Below are positions 11,631 through 21,077 of a stretch of 64,000 nucleotides of DNA, in pieces. The stretch lies in sequence record SRR22947727_2831; one strand, 5' to 3'. The first letter of the stretch is position 1; every line of letters starts with the position of its first letter. The notes beneath the pieces were generated by a model, which worked only from the letters and a program-made list of their open reading frames with translations, ran no database searches and had not been told where the DNA came from. A program made the translations under genes and the position numbers.

Positions 11631-12248
11631 CTAGGAGTTCTGCGGCGGGTGGATTTTTTGCTGGGCGGCGGCCAGGCCCTCGGTCACCAGAGCCTCCACC
11701 GCGTCACACGCGAGTCGCAACACGGCAGGTAGCTGCGCTTCCTGCTCAGCGCTAAAGCGCTGAAGAACATAATCCGCAACGGGTCTGGGGTCATCGGGTC
11801 GACCGATACCTACTCGCACCCGGTGGAAATCGAGTGTTCCGAGCGCTCGAGCGATGTCCTTGAGGCCATTGTGTCCCGCGTGACCACCACTGAACTTGAG
11901 GCGAATCGTCCCATCGGGCAGATCGAGGTCATCGTGGACGACAATCAGCTGAGCGGGAGGAATCTTGTGAAACGCGAGCATCGCCTGAACAGGCGCACCC
12001 GAGCGGTTCATGAAACTTGAGAGTGCCGCTAAGCGCAGGGTGAATCCTGCGGGGTGTGACACGCTCGCGAGCACGCCGTGGCTCTTGAACTTCTGGAAGC
12101 TCACGCCTGCAGAATCTGCGCAGGCAGCAACGACCATCTGCCCCACGTTGTGTCGGGTGCGCTCGTACTGGGAGCCCGGGTTACCGAGCCCCACAATCAG
12201 CCACTCCGTGCTGGAGGTGCTTTTCTTACGCGGGAAACCAAAGGGCAG
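11631..12248 (-). CDS. pth: Peptidyl-tRNA hydrolase (start uncertain: CTG at 12248 or GTG at 12194)
   Basis: WLIVGLGNPG, TRHNVG, FMNRSG, VVHDDLD, GGHAGHNGLK, RVRVGIGRP. Confidence 0.93.
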   Translation of the reverse strand: MPFGFPRKKSTSSTEWLIVGLGNPGSQYERTRHNVGQMVVAACADSAGVSFQKFKSHGVLASVSHPAGFTLRLAALSSFMNRSGAPVQAMLAFHKIPPAQLIVVHDDLDLPDGTIRLKFSGGHAGHNGLKDIARALGTLDFHRVRVGIGRPDDPRPVADYVLQRFSAEQEAQLPAVLRLACDAVEALVTEGLAAAQQKIHPPQNS

Positions 12249-12250
12249 GG

Positions 12251-12913
12251 TTATTCGCCGCCCGCGTCATTGCCGCCGGAATCTCCACCGGAGTCGCCGC
12301 CCTCAGCGGAAGCCTCGCCGGCGTCGCCACCACCAGCTTCACCCTCTGCTGCCGCACCAGGCTCAGGCTCGGCAACCTTCGGAGGCTGCTGGATGGAGAT
12401 AACGAGCATGTCGGGGTCGGAAATCAGGGTCGAGCCATCAGGGAGTGCAAGCTCACCGGCGCGAATCTGGCTGCCCTCTTCGAGGCCATCCACATTCACG
12501 GTCACATACTCGGGGATGTGAGTTGCTTCTGCTTCCACGCTTACGGTGCTGTGCTCCAGCTGAACCATGGTGCCGGAGTAAGGCTCGCCCTCGACGTGAA
12601 CGGAGATGTCCACGGTGACCTTCTCACCCTTGCGGACGATAACGAGGTCGAGGTGCTCAATGATCTGACGAACGGGGTCACGCTGGATGTCCTTGATGAG
12701 GACTAGCTGCTCACCATCGGTCATCTTGAGCTCGATTAGTGCGTTGGCACGACGAGCAATCAGAGTGGTTTCGTGGGCGGGAAGCGCCACGTGAAGGGGA
12801 TCAGCGCCGTGGCCATAGACCACTGCGGGAATCTTGCCGGCAGCGCGCAACTTGCGTGCTGCACCCTTACCGAATGATGTGCGGATATCAACCGCGACGT
12901 GGTTATCAACCAT
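12251..12913 (-). CDS. rplY: 50S ribosomal protein bL25 / Ctc
   Basis: RTSFGKGAARKLRAAGKIPAVVYG, KDIQRDPV...HLDL; acidic low-complexity tail. Confidence 0.97.
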   Translation of the reverse strand: MVDNHVAVDIRTSFGKGAARKLRAAGKIPAVVYGHGADPLHVALPAHETTLIARRANALIELKMTDGEQLVLIKDIQRDPVRQIIEHLDLVIVRKGEKVTVDISVHVEGEPYSGTMVQLEHSTVSVEAEATHIPEYVTVNVDGLEEGSQIRAGELALPDGSTLISDPDMLVISIQQPPKVAEPEPGAAAEGEAGGGDAGEASAEGGDSGGDSGGNDAGGE

Positions 12914-12991
12914 GAACTGCTCCTAAGTTTTCTGCTTTTTCTCGAACTCGTACGCTGTGCGTGAGGAGAGACATAGGAGCCTGCTCCACCG

Positions 12992-13035
12992 CGTCGATTA
13001 CGAAGGGTTGTGTGTACAACTCTTCCTCGCCGAAG
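12992..13035 (-). promoter_or_regulatory. Candidate structured 5' leader of rplY
   Basis: Minus strand CTTCGGCGAG GAAGAGTTGT ACAC ACAACCCTTC GTAATCGACG: 10-bp stem with one mismatch, about 80 nt upstream of the rplY start. Confidence 0.45.
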
Positions 13036-13070
13036 TACCACGTAATGCTAGCTGAGAATGAGGGCTTCGT

Positions 13071-14288
13071 CTAATGGTTGAGGGTTGGTTTTTTCTTGAG
13101 CGCCCAGACCAAAAGGCCGACGGCGAAAATCACGCCACCCGTCGCCACGGACTGCCAGGGCAGGGTCACGACCAGGCCCACGCAACCCACCAGACCCACC
13201 CACGGGGTGATGACCGGCAGGATTCGCTCGGATTCGGGCTGCTTGATCGCAGCTGCGTGTGCAATCGCGTAATAACTCAATACGGCACTCGAGGACGCAC
13301 CCACCAACCAGATGGGGTCCACCACGCTGACAGCAACAATGGCGCCGAGCGCCATCGCGGTTTCCGCAATAGCCGGTGAGGAGGTGCGCTCCCACACCAC
13401 ACCGAGCCGAGAAGGCAAGTCTCCTCGCTGCGCCATCGCCATCGACGTGCGCGAGAGACCGGCAAGGACCGCAGCCAAAGACCCCAGTGACGCGAGTGCT
13501 GCCACGGCGATCACCCAGGGAGCCATGGCCGGGGAGGCAATATCTGCGAGGGGAGCTTTGCTTGTTGCTAGGGCCTTTGCACCCAGGGTTCCGAGCAGTG
13601 TGAAGGCGATCGCTCCATAGAGGACCAGGACACCGAGCAATGTGAGGACAATCACACGGGGCAACACGGTGACGGGGTTCTTGACCTCTTCCCCCAAGGT
13701 GGCCATCCGGGCATAGCCGGCGAAAGCGAAAAAGATTAATCCAGCGGCGGGGAAAATCCCCCACGCTGATGCCTCTCCCCCGAGAGCGAATGCTGTGACA
13801 TCGCCCGTGGTGCCGAGCAATGTGGTGATGAGAAAGCCCACCACCATCACCGCAATCAGAATGCTGATGGCGGCCGTGGTGCGAAGGCCCGAAATATTGG
13901 CCAGGGCAAAGAGTGCGACCAGAGCCACTGCGACAACGGTGGGATTCTCGGGCCACAGGTATCGACCGGCAACGGCCGAGATGGCAGCCGCTGACGCGGT
14001 CTTTCCCACCAGAAAGAACCAGCCGGCCAGGAAACCTGCCTGAGGGCTGATGTATTTCTGCCCATACCGATAGGCACCGCCCGAGACCGGGTTGTTGATC
14101 GTCAACTGTGCCATCACCACAGCGTTCAACAGAGCGATGGTGCCCGCCAAGATCAGGGACACCCACAACAGGGAGCCGGCAAGCGCCGCGGCAGGAGCCC
14201 AGACATAGAACGCTCCAGCCCCCACCATGGAGGCAACCCCAATACCCGCAGCCCCGAAGGGGCCAAGAGTCCTTCTTAGTGCGCTCAC
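13071..14288 (-). CDS. APC family amino acid permease
   Basis: About 12 TM; SMVGAG, SGGAYRY, FFAFAGY...LGEEVKNP; GTG at 14288 lies 7 nt after TACAGT. Confidence 0.9.
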   Translation of the reverse strand: MSALRRTLGPFGAAGIGVASMVGAGAFYVWAPAAALAGSLLWVSLILAGTIALLNAVVMAQLTINNPVSGGAYRYGQKYISPQAGFLAGWFFLVGKTASAAAISAVAGRYLWPENPTVVAVALVALFALANISGLRTTAAISILIAVMVVGFLITTLLGTTGDVTAFALGGEASAWGIFPAAGLIFFAFAGYARMATLGEEVKNPVTVLPRVIVLTLLGVLVLYGAIAFTLLGTLGAKALATSKAPLADIASPAMAPWVIAVAALASLGSLAAVLAGLSRTSMAMAQRGDLPSRLGVVWERTSSPAIAETAMALGAIVAVSVVDPIWLVGASSSAVLSYYAIAHAAAIKQPESERILPVITPWVGLVGCVGLVVTLPWQSVATGGVIFAVGLLVWALKKKPTLNH

Positions 14289-14328
14289 GACCCACACTGT
14301 AGGGGGCGTGGGAGACTACAAGGTGAAC

Positions 14329-14664
14329 ATGAGCTTGGACGACGAGACCGACAGACCGCTGTATTCGAGGCGACGCCGAAATCTCATGCGTTTTGTGGTT
14401 CTGCTCGCCATTGGTGCGCTCGTTCTCCCGGGAGTCATCGTCACCTGGACCACCCAGCTGCGCACCGCAAACTATGCCTGCCAGATCGCTGTCGAGTATT
14501 ACGCCCCCGGTGCAACATCCTCGAGGGCCTCGTTTGATCTTCTCCCCACGGAGCTACTGGGTTGGAACTGTCACGCCGTCATGTTTGATGGCCAAGAGTT
14601 CTTCGTGGCCCACTTGGGAGTGGTGCCAGGCGCGCCGCGCCTGATTCCCCTAACAGGAACCTAG
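14329..14664 (+). CDS. Small membrane-anchored hypothetical protein
   Basis: MSLDDETDRPLYSRRRR, then a TM and an extracytoplasmic part with two Cys; fills the gap between APC and prs. Confidence 0.65.
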   Translation: MSLDDETDRPLYSRRRRNLMRFVVLLAIGALVLPGVIVTWTTQLRTANYACQIAVEYYAPGATSSRASFDLLPTELLGWNCHAVMFDGQEFFVAHLGVVPGAPRLIPLTGT

Positions 14665-15638
14665 GCGGCCCCATCAAACATCGAGGTCACCGAGCCATCC
14701 TCGAAGACCTCTCGAATCGCACGAGCGAGCAGGGGTGCAATCGGAAGAACCGTCAGTCGGTCCCAGTGTTTGTCCGCACTCACAGGGAGCGTGTCGGTCA
14801 CCACAACCTGGTCGATGAAGTCCGACTGTAGAACCTCAACAGCGGGGTCAGAGAACACGGCGTGGGTGGCAGCGACGACAACCCCGGTGGCGCCGTTGGC
14901 CTTGAGCGCTTCGGCAGCCTTGGCAATCGTCCGTCCCGTGTCGATCAGGTCATCCACCAGCAAACAGACGCGACCCTCTACTTCACCCACTATTTCGTGG
15001 ACAGAAACCTGGTTCGGAACCTTCGGGTCTCGGCGCTTGTGGATGATGGCCAGGGGAGCACCCAGCTTGTCGCTCCAAATGTCCGCCACCCGCACACGAC
15101 CCATGTCGGGGCTTACCACGGTCACGGTGTCGGGGTCGAGCTGCTTCTTGAAATGCTCGAGCAGGACTGGCATCGCAAACAGGTGGTCCACTGGTCCATC
15201 AAAGAAACCTTGGATCTGGGCGGCGTGCAGATCCACGCTCATGATGCGATCCGCACCGGCGGCCTTGAACAAGTCAGCAATCAAGCGAGCCGAGATGGGT
15301 TCGCGGCCGCGCCCCTTCTTGTCCTGCCGGGCATAGGGATAAAAGGGTGCCACCACGGTGATGCGCTTCGCGCTCGCACGTTTGAGTGCGTCCACCATGA
15401 TGAGTTGCTCCATGAGCCACTCATTAATGGGGGCGCAGTGGGACTGCATAACGAAGGCGTCGCAACCTCGAACGCTGTCGCCATAGCGGGCATAAATTTC
15501 CCCGTTGGCAAAGGTTCTTGTTTCTGCGGGAACGAGCTCCGTTCCCAACTCCTTCGCGACCGCCTCGGCAAGAGCGGGATGAGCACGACCGCTCACCAGG
15601 ACAAGGTTTTTCTTCGTGGTGGCGGTAATCGTGGTCAC
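14661..15638 (-). CDS. prs: Ribose-phosphate pyrophosphokinase
   Basis: FANGE, YPYARQDKK, VDLHAAQIQGFFD, VSPDMG, VDDLIDTG. Confidence 0.99.
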   Translation of the reverse strand: MTTITATTKKNLVLVSGRAHPALAEAVAKELGTELVPAETRTFANGEIYARYGDSVRGCDAFVMQSHCAPINEWLMEQLIMVDALKRASAKRITVVAPFYPYARQDKKGRGREPISARLIADLFKAAGADRIMSVDLHAAQIQGFFDGPVDHLFAMPVLLEHFKKQLDPDTVTVVSPDMGRVRVADIWSDKLGAPLAIIHKRRDPKVPNQVSVHEIVGEVEGRVCLLVDDLIDTGRTIAKAAEALKANGATGVVVAATHAVFSDPAVEVLQSDFIDQVVVTDTLPVSADKHWDRLTVLPIAPLLARAIREVFEDGSVTSMFDGAA

Positions 15639-15689
15639 GGGTATCTATCGCCTCTTCGCGCTTAGGGGTGGGAACGGGGACGTCATTGT

Positions 15690-17123
15690 TTATTTCTTAC
15701 CGTGTGATGCCTGGGACGCGGCGTCGGCTGACGGCGTGCCCTCGCGGTTCGCCTCAACCCAGCCTTCAACGTTGCGCTGTGTGGAGACACTCATGGCCAG
15801 TGCCCCGGGTGGGACACTCCGCCTAATCACGGCCCCCGCAGCACCGTAGGCACCATCGCCAATCTCTACGGGTGCGACAAAGACGGTGTGGGACCCGGTC
15901 TTCACGTGAGCACCAACGGTGGTGCGGTGCTTCTGGACTCCGTCGTAGTTGGCGGTGATTGCTCCCGCCCCGATGTTGGTGCCCTCGCCAATCTCAGCAT
16001 CACCGATGTAGGAGAGGTGGGGAACTTTGGCTCCGCGGTGCAGGGTGGAGTTCTTGATTTCGACGAACGCTCCGACTTTGCCGTCTTCGCCAATGCTGGC
16101 ACCTGGGCGCAGATACGAGAAGGGGCCCACGGTAGCGCCCGCCTTGATCTGTGCTCCCTCGGCGTGAGTGCGGACCACACTGGCGCCCTCACCGACGGAG
16201 GTGTCCAGCAAGGTGGTGTCGGGGCCAATCGTCGCACCCGACTCAATCACCGTCTGCCCCTGAAGTTGAACACCCGGAAGAATCGTGACATCTGGTGCGA
16301 GTTCCACGCCCACGTCGATAAAACAGCTCGCCGGGTCCACAATGGTGACGCCCGCCAGTTGCCAACCCCGCACGATCATGGAATTGAGGCGGGCCTGAAC
16401 ATCGCCCAGCTGAGCTTTGTCATTGATGCCCTCGAGTAGCCAGGAGTCCTCTACCCGAACGGCCTGAACAGCCGAGCCTGCCTGGGAGAGTGCCTCCACC
16501 ACATCGGTGAGGTATTTCTCGCCCTGCGCGTTGTGGGAGCCAACGCCATCGAGAGCGTCACTCACCGCTTGGCGCTGGAATACATAGGCTCCTGCGTTGA
16601 CTTCCTGGAGTGCCGCCTCAGCGGTGCTCGCGTCACGCTCTTCCACGACCTTCTGCACGAGCCCGTGGTCATCGCGGACGACGCGACCATAACCCGTCGG
16701 GTCCTCCAGCATGGTCGTGATCACTGTCGCCACGGCAGCCTGGTCGCGGTGGTGGGCAATCACAGCACGAAGAGTGTCTGAATCCAACAGGGGAACATCG
16801 CCACTGATGACCACGACGTCACCGGTGAACGCTGTCGGGAGTGCCTTCAGGGCAACCTCCAGAGCACGACCAGTTCCTGGAATCTCATCCTGATCGACAA
16901 TCAACGCTTCGGGTGCGAACTCCGTGAGTGCTTCTGCAACCTCATCTCGCTGGTGACGCACCACGACAGCAACGTGGTCGGGCTCGAGAGCCTGGGCCGT
17001 GGCCAACACGTGTCCGATGAGGGGAACGCCGGAAAGCTCGTGCAACACCTTCGCCACGGAAGATTTCATACGTGTTCCCTGGCCTGCGGCCAGGACCACA
17101 ACGGCCAGCGATGAATCGCTCAT
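15690..17123 (-). CDS. glmU: Bifunctional UDP-GlcNAc pyrophosphorylase / GlcN-1-P acetyltransferase
   Basis: VLAAGQGTRMKS, GDVPL, GYGRVVR, EKYLTD, hexapeptide repeats, HLSYIGDA, NYDG. Confidence 0.98.
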   Translation of the reverse strand: MSDSSLAVVVLAAGQGTRMKSSVAKVLHELSGVPLIGHVLATAQALEPDHVAVVVRHQRDEVAEALTEFAPEALIVDQDEIPGTGRALEVALKALPTAFTGDVVVISGDVPLLDSDTLRAVIAHHRDQAAVATVITTMLEDPTGYGRVVRDDHGLVQKVVEERDASTAEAALQEVNAGAYVFQRQAVSDALDGVGSHNAQGEKYLTDVVEALSQAGSAVQAVRVEDSWLLEGINDKAQLGDVQARLNSMIVRGWQLAGVTIVDPASCFIDVGVELAPDVTILPGVQLQGQTVIESGATIGPDTTLLDTSVGEGASVVRTHAEGAQIKAGATVGPFSYLRPGASIGEDGKVGAFVEIKNSTLHRGAKVPHLSYIGDAEIGEGTNIGAGAITANYDGVQKHRTTVGAHVKTGSHTVFVAPVEIGDGAYGAAGAVIRRSVPPGALAMSVSTQRNVEGWVEANREGTPSADAASQASHGKK

Positions 17124-17180
17124 ACGTTCATTTAAGCCCATCGGGAGGTTTCTTGGGCTGAGACTGGCGGACAATACTCG

Positions 17181-17252
17181 CTCCGCCCCCAGGATTCGAA
17201 CCTAGACCTAACAGCTCCAAAGGCTGTCGTGCTGCCGTTACACCAAGGCGGA
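17181..17252 (-). tRNA. tRNA-Gln(TTG)
   Basis: Reverse complement TCCGCCTTGGTGTAACGGCAGCACG ACAGC CTTTGGA GCTGT TAGGT CTAGG TTCGAAT CCTGG GGGCGGAG; typical position upstream of glmU. Confidence 0.95.
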
Positions 17253-17298
17253 AGAGGCCCTAAGGCCTCCCCTAGTCTGCCAGAGGACAGATAATGGT

Positions 17299-17802
17299 GT
17301 GATGACCACGCCCGCTGATGATGTTGACCGCATCGTCGAAGCCTGGTCCAGAGAACGACCAGACCTCGACATCACACCACTCGAGGTTCTCTCCCGCGTG
17401 ACACGCATCGCGAAGCGTGTGGACAAGTATCGCCGGGAAGCGTTCAAGGCCTCCCACTTGGAGTCGTGGGAATTCGATGTTCTCGCTGCTCTTCGACGAG
17501 CAGGCGCTCCCTACCAACTGAGCCCCAAAAGCTTGATGGCAGAAACTCTGGTCAGCTCGGGGGCGATGACGCACCGCCTGCGAAAGCTCGAAGCCCGTGG
17601 CTTCATCACCCGCTCGTCTGATCCCGATGATGGTCGGGGTGTGGTGGTGCGCTTGATGCCCTCGGGAAGGGATGCGGTTGATTTGGCTTTTTCGACCCTG
17701 ATCGAGGCCGAGCACTCCCTCATCACCGCTCTGGCACCTGCCGAACAAGCCACGGTTGCCAGGGCTCTTCGCTCCCTAAGCCTCAACGTGGAGAACCGAT
17801 AG
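17299..17802 (+). CDS. MarR family transcriptional regulator (TamR-like)
   Basis: DDVDRIVEAWSRERPDLD, EFDVLAALRRAG, SSGAMTHR, DPDDGRG. Confidence 0.9.
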   Translation: MMTTPADDVDRIVEAWSRERPDLDITPLEVLSRVTRIAKRVDKYRREAFKASHLESWEFDVLAALRRAGAPYQLSPKSLMAETLVSSGAMTHRLRKLEARGFITRSSDPDDGRGVVVRLMPSGRDAVDLAFSTLIEAEHSLITALAPAEQATVARALRSLSLNVENR

Positions 17803-17860
17803 AGCTCCCCCTCACCCCCGCATGGAATACTGCTGGGGTTGCCAAAAGCCAGGAGAGACT

Positions 17861-18382
17861 GTGAGCACTGCCACTGCATCAAGCCCCACCCTTCGTTGGT
17901 GGATCGGGATTTCCGCGATTCTGATTGTGGTGGTGGACCAGGCGACAAAGTGGTGGGCGGAGACCACACTCGAGTTTCGTGAATACACGCCTGTCATCGG
18001 CGATCTTCTGGGCTGGCGCCTCGTCTATAACCCGGGTGCCGCCTTTGGTCTTGCCGCGGATTACACCTGGATTCTGACGATTCTCGCGGGTGCTGCGGTC
18101 ATCGGTCTGACCATCTTTGCTTTTCGCGTTCCGAACGTCTGGTGGGGTGTCGGGGTCGCAGCGCTACTGGGTGGTGCCATCAGTCACTTGGGCGACCGAC
18201 TATTCCGTGACCCCGGATTTACCGTCGGTCATATCGTCGATTTCATCGACTATGCCGGGTTCTTCGTTGGCAATGTTGCCGACATCTTCTTAGTCGCTGG
18301 CACGATCTATTTGGTCCTAGTGAGCCTGGTCCAGAAGGACCCTAGTCCCGAAGGAGATGAGCTCCCCGCGCAGGAGAACTAG
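17861..18382 (+). CDS. lspA: Lipoprotein signal peptidase II
   Basis: DQATK, YNPGAAFG, GGAISHLGDRL, IVDFID, NVADI; AGGAG RBS before GTG 17861. Confidence 0.85.
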   Translation: MSTATASSPTLRWWIGISAILIVVVDQATKWWAETTLEFREYTPVIGDLLGWRLVYNPGAAFGLAADYTWILTILAGAAVIGLTIFAFRVPNVWWGVGVAALLGGAISHLGDRLFRDPGFTVGHIVDFIDYAGFFVGNVADIFLVAGTIYLVLVSLVQKDPSPEGDELPAQEN

Positions 18383-19241
18383 CGCGCAGTGCATAGAGAC
18401 CCGCGGTCTCGAAACCATCCACCAGCCGGGCTTGATGCTCCGCATCCTCGGCGAGGAACACGCAGGTAGGTCCTGACCCCGACACCATTCCGGCCAGCGC
18501 ACCAAGCTTTGCTCCGGTATCCAGAACGCCCTGAATCTGCGGGGCAAGACTAATCGCGGGTGCCGCCAAATCATTCACCAGTTCACCTGCTAGCGCCTTT
18601 GCATCTCCGGTAAAGAGAGCATCGATTAGTCCCTCTGAGGGAGCCGAGGGCACTGCGGGTGCTCTCTCTCCACGCATGCCATCCAAAGTCGAATACACCA
18701 GAGGTGTGGAGAGATGCAGGGTCTGGGGGACGATCACCCAGTAGAAGGGCAGAGAGTCAACCGGCTCCAAGAGGTGTCCTCGCCCTCGTCCGATCTGGGT
18801 GTAGCCCTCGAGGGAGAAAGGCACATCTGACCCAAGTTCCGCGGCAAGCTCGAGCAGCTGCACCTGTGACAGCTGTGTGCCCCAGAGGGCATCGACGGCG
18901 ACCAGCGCCGCGGCGGCATCCGCCGAACCACCCGCCATTCCTCCACCGACGGGGACTTTCTTGTCGATGTGGAACGCTGCAGCGCCCTCGAATCCACTGA
19001 CGCGCTGCACCGCCCTGGCCGCTTTGATGACCAGGTTGTTCTCATCGAGGGGAATCTCGTCCAAGACGACATCGCCGCTGACTGTGAGGGAGAACTCGGA
19101 GGCGTCTTCGGCGGTAAGTGTTTCCCACACGTCCACGGCCTGAAACACGCTCAACAGGTCGTGATACCCCGATGCTTCGAGGGGTCCCACATGCAAGGCC
19201 AGATTGATTTTTCCTGGAGCCTTGAAGGTGACGCGTGCCAT
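18342..19241 (-). CDS. ispE: 4-(CDP)-2-C-methyl-D-erythritol kinase
   Basis: APGKINL, GYH, KKVPVGGGMAGGSADAAA, LGSDVPF, VSGSGPT. Confidence 0.96.
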   Translation of the reverse strand: MARVTFKAPGKINLALHVGPLEASGYHDLLSVFQAVDVWETLTAEDASEFSLTVSGDVVLDEIPLDENNLVIKAARAVQRVSGFEGAAAFHIDKKVPVGGGMAGGSADAAAALVAVDALWGTQLSQVQLLELAAELGSDVPFSLEGYTQIGRGRGHLLEPVDSLPFYWVIVPQTLHLSTPLVYSTLDGMRGERAPAVPSAPSEGLIDALFTGDAKALAGELVNDLAAPAISLAPQIQGVLDTGAKLGALAGMVSGSGPTCVFLAEDAEHQARLVDGFETAGLYALRASSPARGAHLLRD

Positions 19242-19275
19242 TCGTCGAGCGTATCGCGCTGTGGTTGGTGCTGGC

Positions 19276-20232
19276 TTAGCGAGCGTCCGAGGGAACGAGT
19301 TCAGGGACGATGGTGCGATAGACCATCATGCCGATGACCTCGAGGGTCAATTGCGTAATGACGACCAGGGGAACCAGCCCCCACACGTCCTGGTCAAGAG
19401 CGAGACTGATCGGCAACATGATGACACCGCCACGGCCAGCTCCCACAATCATGATGGCGCGCTTCTCCGGGATGGTGAGGCTTGCCAAAATTCCTGCCAA
19501 AAGTCCGAGCGGTGCCAGGAGCACCAGGAACGAAAAGAACAGTGGCACCACCCGGTAGAGCTCTTCGAGCTCTTCCAGGTGGTTAGGAACCTGATTCCAC
19601 AGAACGAGCGTCACCGCCACGGCAATCACGGGGACCCGAGCCTGCGTGAGAGCGCTGCGTGATCCCGCAAGCGCAGCGGATCTCGTCATCCCCCACTGAA
19701 GGGCAAGCGCCAGAACGGTGGGCGCCACGATAATCCCAGCAATCACCGCAAAGGTCGGCGGAAGGTCAGAAAACCCGAGAGCTCCACCGGAGAGAAACAC
19801 CGTGTAGAGCGGAACAATGACGAGTTGCCCAGCGAACAGGAGAGGTTTTGCAGCAAGCACACTCTCCACATCGCCGCCGGCTTCGTGGGCTGTGGTTAAC
19901 GAGAGAGCCACACCGGGTGCGAGCAAGACCAGAAGCAACCCCACCTGTAGTTCAGGAACTTGGAACACCACACGGGAGAGCACAAAGGCCACCACGGGAA
20001 CGACCACGAGGTTCACCGCAAACAGTGCCACGAGCACCCTGGGTTTCGCGATCGCTCGACCGACTGAGAGCAAGGGCAGCGACACCACGACCAAAAACAC
20101 CATGAGGGCAAGAGCTGCCCACTGCAGTCCCCCCAGGATCTCGCTCTCAAAGGGCGCATAGATTCCCAGCAACCCACCACCGAGGACCCCCAGCAGAATC
20201 CAGGCGGTCGAGGGTCCTCCTACTTTCTTCAC
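19276..20232 (-). CDS. Bile acid:Na+ symporter / Acr3-like transporter
   Basis: About 10 TM; NLVVVPVVAF, GLLLVLLAPG, AGGD. Confidence 0.7.
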   Translation of the reverse strand: MKKVGGPSTAWILLGVLGGGLLGIYAPFESEILGGLQWAALALMVFLVVVSLPLLSVGRAIAKPRVLVALFAVNLVVVPVVAFVLSRVVFQVPELQVGLLLVLLAPGVALSLTTAHEAGGDVESVLAAKPLLFAGQLVIVPLYTVFLSGGALGFSDLPPTFAVIAGIIVAPTVLALALQWGMTRSAALAGSRSALTQARVPVIAVAVTLVLWNQVPNHLEELEELYRVVPLFFSFLVLLAPLGLLAGILASLTIPEKRAIMIVGAGRGGVIMLPISLALDQDVWGLVPLVVITQLTLEVIGMMVYRTIVPELVPSDAR

Positions 20233-21077
20233 GAGGACATCACCACTCGGGCGAGTGCGACAAAGTCATCCAGAGTCCACTGCTCGCCACGGGCTTCAGG
20301 GCTGAGCCCGGCTGCGGCGATCAGGTCACTAACTCGCTCAGCACCGATGTAGTGCGCCAGGGCACCTCGCACCATTTTCCGCCTGGTCGCAAAAGCATGA
20401 TCCACCAGGTCAAAGACCACCTGGCGTAACGCCTCATCACCGGGGGCGGGGGTGTGCTCCATTTTCACCAGCAGTGAGTCCACGTTGGGCACTGGCCAAA
20501 ACACCTGTCTCGGAACGGAGCCGGCAATACTCCACGCGCCATACCAGCGTGCTTTCACACTCGGCGATCCATACGCTTTGGAGCCTGGTGTCGCAGCAAT
20601 ACGCTCTGCGACTTCGGCTTGCACCATCACGAGGACAGTGCGGAGTGAGGGCAGTGCGGAGAGCAGGTGCAGGGTAATCGGCACCGAGGTGTTGTAGGGA
20701 AGGTTCGCGACTAACGCAGTGGGCTCGCCCGGCACCGCTGTCACAGCCAGCGCATCGGCGGTGATGATCGATACCTGCTGGTCAGGGAAATACTTCTGCA
20801 GAGTGTCGGGCAGTGCTGCGGCGAGGCGTGGATCGATTTCGACGACACTCACCTGCGCCCCAGACTCGACGAGCCCCAGAGTGAGCGACCCCAGCCCCGG
20901 ACCCACTTCGAGGACGTGATCGCCCTCTCCCACACCAGCTATCGAGACAATGCGTCGAATGGTGTTGGCGTCGTGGACAAAGTTCTGTCCAAGTTTCTTC
21001 GTCGGAGTGACACCGAGTTCCTCGGCGAGGCGACGAATCTCGGTGGCGCCCAGCAAACCGCCTGCTTTATCGGCCAC
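20229..21077 (-). CDS. rsmA: 16S rRNA m6,2A dimethyltransferase RsmA/KsgA
   Basis: KKLGQNF, LEVGPGLGSLT, ANLPYN, MVQAEVAER, FWPVPNVDS; start at GTG 21077. Confidence 0.96.
   Translation of the reverse strand: MADKAGGLLGATEIRRLAEELGVTPTKKLGQNFVHDANTIRRIVSIAGVGEGDHVLEVGPGLGSLTLGLVESGAQVSVVEIDPRLAAALPDTLQKYFPDQQVSIITADALAVTAVPGEPTALVANLPYNTSVPITLHLLSALPSLRTVLVMVQAEVAERIAATPGSKAYGSPSVKARWYGAWSIAGSVPRQVFWPVPNVDSLLVKMEHTPAPGDEALRQVVFDLVDHAFATRRKMVRGALAHYIGAERVSDLIAAAGLSPEARGEQWTLDDFVALARVVMSS

Noticed and set aside
12251-12370. Gly/Glu/Ala-rich repeats at the end of rplY
   Set aside because: This is the normal acidic low-complexity tail of Ctc-type bL25.
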